Positions 22,904-35,573 of a DNA stretch of 64,000 bases are shown piece after piece. Each line of letters begins with the position of its first letter. Position 1 is the first letter of the stretch. Source of the DNA: Fistulifera solaris (Eukaryota); contig AP026126.1 of NCBI GenBank assembly GCA_030295235.1, positions 372,001 through 436,000 of the forward strand. The letters are read 5' to 3'. Both the position numbers and the translations under genes were made by a program. The notes below the pieces were generated by a model. The model was not told where the DNA came from. It saw only the letters and a list, made by a program, of their open reading frames with translations, and ran no database searches.

Positions 22904-25900
22904 ATGTCGAACTCTACACTTTCGTTAGTTCCGAGTGCTCCCAAGGCGACAGCACAAGTGAGGGAGGGACGCGTCGTCGAAGGCACTAATAATCATGAGG
23001 AAGGTCAGCAATCATCCGGTGAAGACTTACTCGACTTTATTGGTAGCAGTCCTGCATTCAAGCAACTGTTTTCTTTACCCTATTCGTTGGAGCAGTCTGT
23101 GAGCGTGGCGGTGCACAATTTAGGTGACACGCTTCTGCTCGACGTAGACCCCGGAGATCAGGAAATTTTAGACGAATGTGGTGACACAGACGCCGGAAAA
23201 GGTGACCATCCATTAAGCAAAGATCAATTGTCTCAAGCACTGGTCACTCTCTCCGAAGCAGAGCCCCAGAATGAAGCTATTGCACTAGTTCATTCTCTAA
23301 TCGAGTCGACGCAACCTAGCTCCAAAATAAAGGAACGAATTGTCGGTGTTCCCTATCCAGAAGACCAGATTACCCGTTTCATTTCGACTCCAAATGACCC
23401 TCGTGAATATCTATCCTGGAAATTTCGAAACATGAATCTTCTGGTTGGCTCCGATGCCTTTGTCTATCGCCCGCCGGAAGATCAAGCAAAAGGTGTTTCC
23501 GTCCGCATCGAAGATGTCAAGCTTCTTCAGTCCAAAATCCAGCTTCATCAAGAAATGCAATCCAAAAGCGAAAGAGAAAAGTTATCGTATGCACAAGTTA
23601 CGGCTCGTTCTTTGCCTCAATTAGAGCAAGGCGGCAACTCTGGACTGAGCGACAAGTGCCAAGAGTTTGTAGAGTCGGTTGAGGAAAAGCAACTTTCTGG
23701 ACCCGAATCGGATCAACTGCGACTTCAAACCTGTTTAGTATCATCGCCTAGTGTACCTATAGGCTCATTGCTGTCCCAAAAACCCGTGTTGCGGGGCGAA
23801 TCGCCCAGCACAAATAGCTCACCGATATCGACGGTTTTAGATGTCTACCTCGACAATATTATGGCGAATGTTCCGCAACTCGCCTTGTGCTTACAGGACA
23901 AGGGCTTCGTTCAAAGTGTGAAGCTGTTGAATACAGATCAGATTCCGTCAACGTTACTAAAGCCGTCGACAATTGACACCTCCATTCCCTTTCAAGTGTT
24001 GAACGGAGCGGACGATTCGGAGAGAATATTTTCACCGGAAGTCATGGAAATGAATGCCTCCACGCTTCTGGGCTTTTTAAAAGCCCAATGTACAAAAAGA
24101 CAATACTACATATTTATTGAGGAGAGAGGCGGGTGAAACAGCGATTCAGCTGTATGATATATCTGCGATTAGCACGCAGCGGCAGCAGAAGTGGAATTGG
24201 TGGCTGGCGATGATGTCTTACCGTTTTGCTCACCGTCTACGCTCTCTTTCGACTCAGACGGTTGATAAGGCTTTGAGCCGAAGTTTTCGGGCACGACAAA
24301 GAAGCCTGTTGACCACTTCTCTAGAGCTACTTGACGCGTTGGCCGATATGAACGGCAAAACCCACGAAAGTCTCCTCTCAGCGATCCGAGAAAATTTAGC
24401 AGACTCGTTTTTGGGTGGTACGGCTGATGATAATATTGAACCAGCAGATAGCAATAACCAGGACTCAAATGATATAGACGCTTTGCGACATCAACCCTAC
24501 TCAAGCGTATCCTTGGATGCTTTGAACAAGTCTCACGATCATTTGGTTGAAGGTATACGAATACTTTGGCCCTCGCTTGAACGCAATGTGAAGATGAAGA
24601 AGCGGAATGAACGGAGCCGACCTTTTGCGTCAAAAAAGTCATCTTCAGTCAAAGTTGTATCGGTGGACATTGATGACGACTCAAGCGGTGATGACGAAAA
24701 TGTGACTGCGATGGACTTGGATGTAATCGATCCCGTCGTGTCACAGCTCTTTGGATTGCATGAAAAGCTGGTCGATGTACTGTTGCGACTTGGTGAAATT
24801 CATCTGCAAAACTATTATTCGTCTAGTGCGATGCAGACACTGCGATCCGCAGCCCGTCGCATTTCCGACTCTTTATATTTAACCAATCTCATTGCGGAAA
24901 AGACAGAGAAGGCGGCTAAATGGCTTGACATTCTCCAGCTCCAGAATGCTTGGTTGTGGGAGCACTGTGGTCACTTTGCCCGTACCTTTGCAATGGACGA
25001 GCTATGGCGCGACCGGGGACATGCGTCTGGTGATGATATAGTCAGTGTGATTTTAGACGTTGATTCTGCATTGAAGCATGGCGACATTCTTTTTAGATCT
25101 CAGAATCAAGGAATCACATCGCTACGAAATCCCATTGATTTGCTATCCGAAAATACGGGAGGGGCAATAGGCTTGGATAACTTGAGTGGAGTAGTTGATG
25201 CTAGTGCACATGGCTCACCGTTACCCGAAGTATGCATTAGGGATGCGATCGAACTTCTGAACAAACAACGCCTGTTGCAAAGAGAGCATAGAAGAGTTTT
25301 GGTGATTTCGTCCATCGCGTACGGAAGGGCCATAGCATCGTATAAACTGGCTTCATTGTCAAACGATTCAGGACAGTATCTTTCTTTGCTCCAGCAAAGG
25401 TTGGGTGATGCATGCAACGAAACTGGCAAGGCGATGATGGACGAAGTTCGTCGTTTGCTAACCGCAGGTACTTTATCAAGTGCCGTCGAAGCATTATTAC
25501 GCTCTGCCGAATTTTGGTTTCGAGAAGGTCTGACTGTTTTCGAAACATGCAACGACTTGCGAAATGCCGCTTTACTGCGATGCAATTTGTGTCAGTGCTC
25601 GAAACTCCGTGCTAATGCGATGTTGGCACCTTCAGAAGGAACAGGGAATCACGCGGAAAAATGTCTACAGGAGGCCGTCCATCAATTGCAGTCAGCGCAT
25701 CAGTGTCTTGGACAACGAGATACCGATCCACCAACATGGGATATGGTCAGCAATGAACTGGCGGCGACCCTGTTAGTGCTAGGTGTCCGTCGTCGACAGT
25801 CGTTGATAGGCAATCTTCCCGTACTAGTGCGCCGTCTGTCTCCTGGTGAAGAACGGTCTGTGTTGGAGCCAATGGAGAATGCTTTGACCATTTATGAGCG

Positions 25901-26462
25901 AACTAGAAACTATCATCAAGCTGCTGCTGTCCATTATCAATTAGCACTCTTCTTCACCAAAATATGGACCTGTCAAAGGGATGAGAGTAAGACACGCGAA
26001 AAGTTATCTTCGGCGTTTTCTCATTTCCACGCATCCTACAACTTCTTTTCACAAAATGTACATGGAAACGAACCGACATTTTGCTTGCTATGTCTCGATC
26101 TTTGTCAGTTGTATTCCAGTGTATCTGGGGAGGAGGGTCTTCTGCAAGCTCTGTCTCGTTGTCTGGATACCGCTGTGGCTTTTTCGATCCATTCGTATGC
26201 CGCGCAACATACCAAAGCTTCCCCACAAGAGATTTCATTGTGGCTTAACCAGATGGTAACTTTGGCCGATTCTGTTGAAGAACGGGTGTTTAAAATTCTC
26301 CGAACTCTCATCAAATCCGACGAAACTGGAAAATACAAGGAATGGTTTCGGGTAGGTCTTTCCTGCAAAACCCGTGGCAGTGTCGATGCATCTTTAGAAC
26401 CTGAAGTGCAGAAGCTGCAGAGTTTACATTCGCTACTTGAAAGCATTAAGGGGTTGATGTGA
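22904..26462 (+). CDS. EDRF1 (erythroid differentiation-related factor 1)-like protein with TPR-like C-terminus
   Basis: KQLFSLPYS..VSVAVHNLGDTLLLD, WKFRNMNLLVGSD, YLDNIMANVPQLALC, LLGFLK, IQLYD; frameshift in an A-run near 24095. Confidence 0.8.
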
Positions 26463-26518
26463 CTGTAGTTGGAAACAAGGATGTACATGTAGTGTTAAGG
26501 CTACTCAAAGTAGTCAAG

Positions 26519-27817
26519 CTACTCCTCTGGAAATAACGCAATTTTTCTCGAAACAGGTGTAAGCGTATTTTCTCCTCCCTTGAGGCCTTCCAACCCATAC
26601 TGTTTTAGAACTTGGATGGTATCTTTTAACCGTAACTCATTTTCTTCTTCTCCTGCCGTGTCATATAGTTGTTGGAGGGACACTCCGATATGACTAGCCA
26701 ATGATTTCAGAATTTGCACATCTTGCCGCGAAAAGGGTCGCGGCCTGTTGCTTTCTTCCACCATCCACGGTTGTTGTTGCTGTTCATCTCCTACTTGACC
26801 CTTTCCTACCTTATTAATGGCTTGCAAAACGGCAATCGTTTTTCCGTTCCCATCCAGCACAGGCACACAAATCATCGTTTCCGCATCTTTGGCCGTCTCT
26901 ATATCCCAGTCGGGCTCTTCACTAACATGATCAATCTTCCACGCTTCTCCCGTGAGCGCCGCCCGTGATACGATCCCCCGTCCCAACGGAATTCGAGTCT
27001 TTTGATCACTAATTTTGGCGTACAAGTATTTGCCGTGAGGAGTCGGTGTCGTCGACGTTTGTGCGTCTTCCACTTGAATGTACAATCGCATCTTCTGCGC
27101 TCCAACCAAACTCCCGGCTTCTTGTACCACATCCCGAAAGATGGCATCGAGATGCGCTTCTTGTTTTTTGACTTTGACTTTGTTGGGATCCATCCACAAA
27201 AGAGGAAACATTCCGATGATACATCCGATCACCAGGCCGACGCCACACCCGAGTTGATTCGCAAAGCGGACACTCCGCAATTGTCGTTGCGCGGCGGTCA
27301 AATTGGCCGTTGGCATATTGAGTTGAGCGGCCATGTCTTCCACGACCGTCCCGAGCATAATCCCGGCCACATCCGACACAATATTCCCAATTGCGGCCGC
27401 ACACATGGTCGAGATCCCCAAAACAACTCCCAAACTGGTATCAATGGCGTCACCGGCAATAATGAGAATCGAATTGTCCATAATTCCGAATCCGACAAAG
27501 GGAATGGCGTTATTGAGAGCCACGAGACGAAGCTGTTCGTAGGTTGGTTCGGGTGCATCGCCAAGTGTCGTAGCGAAAGGCTGAGAAAGTGTCGCCAAGC
27601 GCGACGATAGGGCTTGTTGTTGCGTGACGGTCAGTGATTCGATCCAGGCGTGGAGTAGAGGACTACTGTTAGTACTGCTTTCCCCCAAGAGTTGTTGTTG
27701 TACTTTCAAGGTATCCTGTTGAGAAGTTGTCAAAGAACGCTGCTTCCGTCTCATCGAAGGATTACGAGGAGTCCATTTTCGACGAACATGGGGCGAGACC
27801 CACCCACGCCGCAGCAT
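26519..27817 (-). CDS. TMEM65-family membrane protein fused to a C-terminal GAF domain
   Basis: IPFVGFGIMDNSILIIAGDAID..LGISTMCAAAIGNIVSD..GCIIGMFPL (TMEM65); GRGIVSRAALTG, MICVPVLD, IAVLQAINK, FSRQDVQILKSLA (GAF). Confidence 0.88.
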   Translation of the reverse strand: MLRRGWVSPHVRRKWTPRNPSMRRKQRSLTTSQQDTLKVQQQLLGESSTNSSPLLHAWIESLTVTQQQALSSRLATLSQPFATTLGDAPEPTYEQLRLVALNNAIPFVGFGIMDNSILIIAGDAIDTSLGVVLGISTMCAAAIGNIVSDVAGIMLGTVVEDMAAQLNMPTANLTAAQRQLRSVRFANQLGCGVGLVIGCIIGMFPLLWMDPNKVKVKKQEAHLDAIFRDVVQEAGSLVGAQKMRLYIQVEDAQTSTTPTPHGKYLYAKISDQKTRIPLGRGIVSRAALTGEAWKIDHVSEEPDWDIETAKDAETMICVPVLDGNGKTIAVLQAINKVGKGQVGDEQQQQPWMVEESNRPRPFSRQDVQILKSLASHIGVSLQQLYDTAGEEENELRLKDTIQVLKQYGLEGLKGGENTLTPVSRKIALFPEE

Positions 27818-28219
27818 GCTTTCGTTCCTTTCGTTACTGCTTTGTCTGTATCAGGAAACGCTCTTTCTATCTTCAGCCTTTAATTACAAGAAGTATACGT
27901 TTTGAATGCTTCTTATTTAGTAGTGGTCGTCATTTCCCCAACACCGGCGACTGGTGTCTGGTGTGTCTGTCTTGCTGTGTTCGTTTTTTGCAACACTTCG
28001 GTTTTTGAGCGGATCTTTATTCCCTCCGGGTTGCCCTTCAGGGATCTTATGTGACATCATTCACAAGACTGAAATCTTCCACCATCATACATCATTACCA
28101 ATACGGAACACAGTATACGGAAGAGTGAATGTTTCTCGTTGCAGAGTATTCATTCGAAATGGTGCTAGTGCTAGACGGACTGGCACTTGGTCAAGTATAT
28201 TCTGCAGTCAGCAATGTGA

Positions 28220-28490
28220 TTCATGACTGAAATCCAGTCATGATGAAAGGTCGGCTACACTTTGGGCCAATAGTAAACGTAGCAAAAACCTAGTCGCATT
28301 CAGGTTTTCGACGAAATATAAAGCGTGAATCAGAAAAGGTGATAATGTCTTTCATGTTGTCAGATGTTTACAAATAACCTCGGAAATGGACGGCAATCGT
28401 TTAATATATATCCAACTCTGACTCAAACGAATGCTGATAGTTCATGACTGACTGAAATCCAGTTCCAGCGTACACTTTAGATCTATAGTA
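28220..28490. repeat. Short direct repeat pair, first copy a perfect 9-bp hairpin, in the divergent promoter
   Basis: tcatgactg-aaatc-cagtcatga at 28221-28243; second copy ttcatgactgactgaaatccagt at 28441; both followed by tacacttt..atagtaaa. Confidence 0.7.
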
Positions 28491-28611
28491 AAAAGTCGGA
28501 ATAGACCGACGCTTGGAGTGCTGCTGCTGCAATCATGACAAAATATTTGCATGGAAGGCTATCATACTTGATTGCAAATAGTTTCCAGCCCCATTTTATA
28601 GACTCAACAAC

Positions 28612-31289
28612 ATGTCCTCAAAGAAGGATACGCTCACAATCGGTCCCGCTGCCAAGCGAGAACTTCGTCGTACCCTCAAACGAAGTACCGATCCAGCCTC
28701 CACCATCCATACCTTTCAACGCGATCATTCGTTGCATACGATGATGGCGCGTGCTTTGGGAACGACTCCGCGGCATGAGACTGACGAAGGATATAATGAT
28801 ACAGTAGAATCGTTGGATACGGATTCGGTCATGACATTCTTATCGCATTTGGGTCTCTCGCAATACGAAATTCATAAACGCATTTCGGATACATTGCTAC
28901 AAACATTAGAGGAAGAGATCCGCAAATCTAATTCCACGGAACCGCTACTGCATTTACTCCAAGCTTGTTGGCCTTACGTCACCGTCGTACCGGAATTACG
29001 TCCGGTTTTGTGGTCGTTGTTACGGCAACTCGGTGATCGGACACCGGTAGCGGTCTTACAAGCGCTTGGAGAACGAGCTCCTGACGGAACGTGCAAACAT
29101 GCGGAACTCTTTCAACAATTGGACGGACATTTGAAACGATTGTGTTGGGAAACGGACTGGGATACCATAGTAAACAGTCGTGATGCATCTTACGAAACAA
29201 CGTTGCTCTATCAAACGATACACCCCATTGTGGAACAGTATTGCCGAAATGATACTTTAGTCGCACAAGCCAATCTACCTTTTGTAGCGACGACTCGCGA
29301 GCGCAGTGTTTTGACATCACAACGTCGGGCGTTGACGTCGTCTTCTTCCTCGACGGCGGCACCCACAAATAATTTTCTTCGTCACAATAAAACAGACAAG
29401 GCCACACCGACCTACGCTACGGGCAAGCAAATTGCGAAACTACGCACCTTATTATCCGATCGGACCGGGTCATCAGTATCGTATCGTCCCAAACTATTGC
29501 ATGCGCTCTTGTCTATTCTCATGACGCAGCATGCGCTCTGTCCAGTGCCGTTTCTCGGTGGGGCGCAGCATTTGCATTGCACACTGGTGGCCGATCTTCT
29601 CTTGTCGGCCGGCGGATCTCTTCCCTCGGCGTATCATTCGGTAGTCATTCTGGCGGGTATCTTGGACGAATGTGTGCAGCAGGGGCGGTAAGCGATGAGG
29701 CCTTGGTCAAAATTCAGACCCATTTGGTCACCATCTTTCAGTCGAAAGCGGATGAAAATGTCAAGGAGGAGGAGGAGGAGTCGGAACGAGTCAAGGAAAC
29801 GAAGAAAGATGAGAGTAGCAACAAGAAAGAGGATGTAGTGACGACCAATGCCGAAATTCGACAACTCAATCGTCTTTTGACAGCTGGATTGAATGCCATG
29901 AAAGAAGCCGATCCGCAGAATTTGTTCCTCAATCCTGTAACAGACGCAATTGCACCGGGTTATAGCAAAATCATCAGAAAGCCCATGTGCATTTTAACCA
30001 TGCAAGAGAATATTGCCAAAAACCGTTACAACAACATTGCCGAATGGGAGTCGGACGTCAATCTCATGTTTAAAAACTGTATCGATTACAATCGCGGGAG
30101 TGCAGGCCAGTGGTTTCGTGGTGAAGCACAACGACAAGGAACCATATTTCGCGACGAGATTCTTCCGCAAGCGAAGCGTCTTTTTCAACAGGAAATCGTC
30201 AAACGATCAGTACTGGAAGCTGAGGCGGGGAAACGACGAGCCGAAGAGCCCTTAGTAAAACCGATGAAGGCTTCGTCGAAAAAGCGCAAAATAGATCCCA
30301 CCGATTCCCTTCCCAGCATGCCGGCACTCGCATCTATGTTGCTATCGGATCCTTTTGTGGTCCGCGTTCTTTTGGCGCGCGTGTTGCGAGACTTGCGACA
30401 TGGAGTATTGCCCGGGAACTCCATTCCGGCTGTTCATGCGGTGATTCCGTCGGTGCTACAGATTTTGAACATTGCCCGCTCTTCCACCCAGGTTTGCGCC
30501 AGTCGGGGACGAAAATATTACGTTCCGGATGCAGGAATCGAGTCATCGAAAGATGCAGCAGCCATAGTCTCGTACGCATCTTTGCGGCAGATCCTTCCCC
30601 TCCTTCTCCGTCTACTGACGCAAGCTGAGCTACAGAAACGAGTGACACAAGGAGGAGAACTGTGTGCCGCAGCCCAAGTATCACCCCGTTTAGAAATCAA
30701 GCCGATTTCGGCGGAGCATTGGAAAGGCGTCGACGATGTACAAGTAGTCGCGGCAGTAGTTTCCGGAGCCATCGTTTTGTTTTGTCAACCTGGTAGTGGC
30801 TATGAGGCAGCTATGGTATCAATATTCCCACATCTCGCGGCGTCTCTACAAGCCTTGTCTTCTGCGAAACTGGAGCCGGTATTTTTGAAGTGTTTGCTAC
30901 AAATGATTCTGCGGCACCGAGCTAAGCTCCAAAAATCAGTACGCGATGTTATTGTGCAATGCTGGATGGACTGGATGCGCGGGACACCAGAAGCTATGAC
31001 ATCGGCGACACACGAGTATTATGTTAAGCTTCTGGCTGAGTGGTCTTTGTTGGGAAATTTATTGCTGCCACGAGATACGCTCGTGGAGTTTCTAGGGAGT
31101 GGCACTGACGCAGCAAGTGTTTCCGATAAGCGATCGCTTGCCTCACTCTGGAATGACAAGCAATTTCATTATATCCGAACAGAATACGAGCGAGTGCTAA
31201 AAATACTTCCAGACAATAGAGCAGCTGAATGGAAGCGAGCAATGAAAATTGAAGATGCAGCACCTGAAGTTGGAATTCCGGCAGCGTGA
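28612..31289 (+). CDS. NELF-B/COBRA1-like N-terminal domain plus bromodomain protein
   Basis: Bromodomain FLNPVTDAIAPGYSKIIRKPM..DVNLMFKNCIDYN; N-terminus resembles NELF-B; ORFs joined by an indel in the G-run near 29683. Confidence 0.75.
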
Positions 31290-31375
31290 CGTGTTCTGCA
31301 GATTATAATGCTCAGAGCTCATAGGTTTGTTAGAGAACTTTGTTTATGGTCACATTGTACTATGATGAAATGGCT

Positions 31376-31807
31376 TCAATCGGCGTCCATATACACATAC
31401 GTGCCACAACACCAACGGGGATGGCCCTCTACCAAATCAGTTAGAAAATTTCTCAGCCACTTGGTAGGGTTGTTGTATTCATAATGCTCAGCGCTGGCGG
31501 TCATGGAAACAATGTAATCAGTAATATCGTCGTCGTCGTCGCTCATCATGGCTCGCCACATACGTTCGTGCTCCTCATGGATAGTAGGATCAACACTTGG
31601 TTTCGCAGAAATGCCAGAAGTTGTAGCTCCTACTTGAGCAGATGTGCGATCAAGTTCGAAACTCTTGCTTAGCAGATCGGAGGGCAAGGCCCCGTGAAAA
31701 CCATTAATTCCGATGTCATCATCAATACTAGACATGGTGGCATGAATTTGCTGCTCTCTTTCTTCTTGCATCGTCGACACGAACTCCTCCTTACTATTTA
31801 TTTCCAT
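31376..31807 (-). CDS. Hypothetical acidic protein, 143 aa
   Basis: ATG-initiated ORF in a gap between genes; no motif. Confidence 0.45.
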   Translation of the reverse strand: MEINSKEEFVSTMQEEREQQIHATMSSIDDDIGINGFHGALPSDLLSKSFELDRTSAQVGATTSGISAKPSVDPTIHEEHERMWRAMMSDDDDDITDYIVSMTASAEHYEYNNPTKWLRNFLTDLVEGHPRWCCGTYVYMDAD

Positions 31808-32117
31808 AGAGAGCTGCCTTGCTGCAAGTAGGGGGGGGGAAGAATACTTGGAATAAGCAATCGAAATAAAAGAGGTTAAAAGTTGAAAAGTGTGTGAACG
31901 AAAAAAGAAAAAGTCATGCGCCTCGATGCATGAACCGTTGACGAAGGTTACTTAAAAAAGAACTTGTTGAAGTTTGGTCTCGAGTACATAGTATTATCAT
32001 TCACACTATCTTAAAGTGTTGAATCTTATGCGTTGAGAGCGAGATCCAACGAACAGACACTGATCACGTTTTGAAGTCTCTGCTTTTCTGCCCGTTGGAT
32101 GCTCTGTGCCAAACTGA

Positions 32118-33299
32118 TCAGCGCGCTCCTCGCTCCCACATTTTGTGTTTCCGCCAAACAAAGGCCGCCTCCTCGTGAACGATGGCATGTCGACGTGCCA
32201 GAGCGTCCACGTCTTTATCATAACCCCCGCCCACTGTAGCTGCGATAGGAATACCAGTGGTAACGAACTTATCTAACACATAGCGATCTCTTCTGCGAAT
32301 TCCTGGTTCCGAAACCTTCAAGCGCCCCAATACATCATTTTCGTATATGTCTACTCCCGCATTGTAAATACAAAAATCCGGGTCGTACAGCCGAATCGCT
32401 TTCTCAACAGCGTCTTCTAATGCTTGCATATAGTCATCATCTTTTAAACCATCCGGCAAACCGACGTCAATTGTCGAATGAGCTTTCAACTGTGGATAAT
32501 TGGACTGACAGTGTAATGATAAAGTAATCAGCTTTCCATGCAGTGGTCCATTTTCGTCCCCAAATTGAGCCGTCCCATCTCCTTGATGAACATCACAGTC
32601 GACTATTAACACTCGTTGTTTTGGGAGAACGTGCGCCGCGACAGCAAGATCATTGAGAATGGTGTATCCGGCGCCACGGGTCATGGATGCGTGATGTGTG
32701 CCACCGGCCACGTTGGCCGCCAGACCCCACTGACACGCCAACTGACAGGCCAGTACCGTACCAGCAACTTCCAATACGGTCCGTTCGATCAGTTCCGGCC
32801 GACTGGTTTGTTCGCGAAAGCCGATGCGGCGACATTCTTCGACGGTCAGTTGACCCTCCAGAAATCGTTCGACAAAGATTGCATCAATCGGACCCGACAG
32901 CCAGCCTGTCGCAATCATGTCCTGGAAATCGAGAGGGCGAAAAAAGTGTGTATGATCTTGTACTAGAGACTTTGTGAGTGCGTGCGCGATGCGAGCAAAT
33001 TTGTTCATCTGTGAGCGTGGAAGGATGAGTGGTGAGCGTGATTACCCTATGCTCCCAACATCATGAGAACGCACCGGAAATGTGTGATTTTCGGGCCAGT
33101 TAGCAAAAGAATACTTTTCGTGGTAGACAAGAGGAGCATGGACTTGATTCTTGGCTGGATCCAGTCCGGGTCGCGAGTAAGCCAACTCGTGCGGTTGGAA
33201 CGACGAAAAGCGCCGTAGTCGAGACATCTCCTTCCAGCTTTTCGGGGAGAATGAGTGAACTAAAGCGGACGAAGACATGATAAGGGAGTAAATCCTCAT
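32118..33299 (-). CDS. Zn-dependent deacetylase (HDAC11/AcuC-like)
   Basis: HTFP|MNKF, GGTHHA, ILNDLAVA, DCDVHQGDGT, NAGVD, DVLG, GGGY; intron 33009-33074. Confidence 0.92.
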
Positions 33300-33866
33300 G
33301 GTCGAGACAAGGCATCAACAATCCTATGATTGTACATATTTCACAACACACAAGGAAAAATCACAAATCACACTCTCGCAGAAAAAAAAAGAAGGGCGAG
33401 ACAAGAAAGCGGGGAAAGACGTCTTAGTCCTTTCGGTACACAAAAGGACAGCGTCACGTTTCACGAAAGCGGACAACTACCCAATAGTCGGAGTATCCAC
33501 TGTATTTGTCAGAACAGTACAATTACACAATACACTCCAGGCTTTCATGTTATACCCTCATTCAAAATGACCCGCACTATGCACACAATCTATATTTAAA
33601 TAATCTGCGTACTCCCTTCCACGTACTGTAATTTGCTTCTCCCTATCATTTATTACGGGAGAAACGGTGATAAAATTCTGCGGCGGCGTGGACTTCTACG
33701 TAGAACTTGGTACTGGAGGCGGAATTTTAACGTCGTTTCATGCAAACCCTGATGCCAATTCGTAATACCAACAATATCTCCCTCATCATTGAAAGCTTCT
33801 ACTTCACTTGAAAGAAGATACAACCGCAAGGTACTTTTCCAAAAGATGATATGAAAGAAATTCGAG

Positions 33867-34828
33867 ATGATAAACATTCGCGGCAAAAACCATCGTTTCC
33901 TAGTCCCTGTCGTTCTAATGGCCATGGCGATTGTCTTGTGTTTGACTTCCAGTCAAAGTCTTCGTTCGATACCAACCAACGATATCGAAATCATTGAAAC
34001 AAAAGTCGCTCCTCCTTCACCGCGCAATCGAACCGGTACTTGGATCGGCAACACCTGGATTCCACCAGCGGGTTGGCAGTATCACACGCCCAGTGAATTG
34101 CGTCAATTGTACCGAGGCAAGAACATTTTGTGGTTGGGTGACTCGACCGGACGAAGAACCGCCATGAATATGTATGCCTTACTGCAGTGGAACAATTCAA
34201 ACTTTCTCACGACGGAGCTATCGTCGCCCAAACTAATTGATATCACCAAGCGAGGTAGCTTTGATTGCGACCAATGGCCGGACGCACACGCTCGTCCTAC
34301 GATATGTCGATCCTTGGACGGTGGCGGAACGATCACTTTCGTGCCTCTCGTGTGCCATAAGCACGTGGAAAACTTTTTTCAAAGTGCAGATACACTAAAT
34401 ATCACGCAAGATATGGATCTGATCGTTGTGGCACTCGGTATATGGGAGGTTATGCGTCCATGGGACTGCAAAGCACCCAATCGAACCCTGGATAATATTA
34501 CGATTGCCGCGATTCATAATGTGCACGAGTTTGAACGTTCGACAAAAAGAGGGTCATATGGAGAACGAGTGGCTATCCCGACCACGGATCGACGTTAACC
34601 GATGCCGTCACCAAATTGAATGAAATGGTCATGGACGTGATCGATCAAACGACAGGAGTCGATAACTCACAATTTAGCTACCTCGACTGGGGTGGTGCTG
34701 TTGAACCACGGTCAAAACCAGGAGAGCGCATCGTAGGGGATTTGAAAGCACACTACGGACTAGAGCCACGTCTCGTGCTGATTGAAATGATAACAAATCA
34801 GCTGCAAGAAGAAGGCTTTTTCGGTTGA
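33867..34828 (+). CDS. Type II membrane SGNH/PC-esterase (TBL-like) protein, paralog 2
   Basis: Clear paralog of 15213-16301 (GTWIGN.W.PP.GW.YHTP.ELRQ, GDSTGRRTAMN, HYGLEPR.VLIEMITN); frameshift(s) at 34545-34615. Confidence 0.7.
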
Positions 34829-35573
34829 GAATCATTTGGTTTTCGCAATCAAAAGCTACGTTTGGAATACGCAACAACTCGCATCGCGTAAATGAGGCGG
34901 AAAGTGGAGTTACGGCACGCTTTGATGCTGTAAATGAGCTAGAGTTGGTAGCACTAGCAAATGTGATTATTTGCACATGACAAAGCATCAAATTTATTGA
35001 GTTAGATTCATTAGCATCCACGGATCGGAATCAGAGCGTCTCTCATTATTATTTCCTCGTTCAAATCCGGGTCTGAAATTACGGGTGAGTGGGACAAGCT
35101 TGAGTGGGATTTGGTTTTGCCTTCTCGTTGCTCTGTTACCATTGATGTCAAAAGGATGAAATGAATCAACGCAATTTATTCCAATTCATTGCTTTATTAT
35201 CATCAATAACGATAACACTGACACAAGCGCAACCAATGAATTTAATGGCTTATATTCCAATAAAGAAAAAACATGGAAATGGAAGACATTTCCCGTGACT
35301 GAAAGCAAGTTGAGTCGGAATTTCGTACCCCTTCTCTTCACGCTATAGAAACCATTAATTATTGACCTCAGTAGCGCTATCCTTAAGCGAACATTCGGCA
35401 ATCGATCGACATGAACAACAACATGAATTTATTGGCAATATCTGTTCTGTTGATGTGTTTCTAATGATTTATAGGTTTTCGTGTGCTCTACGATCGCCAA
35501 TCGATGATTCATCAGCAAAAGAGTCGTCATGTGCGGATAATTACCGTTGCCGTAGAAAGGTAGGATACAAAGA

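Noticed and set aside
27002..27610. Long antisense ORFs (also 14634-15050, 20050-20541, 42804-43334)
   Set aside because: They are shadows of well-supported genes on the opposite strand.
31830..31839. Poly-G run as a G-quadruplex
   Set aside because: A single short run, not four G-tracts.
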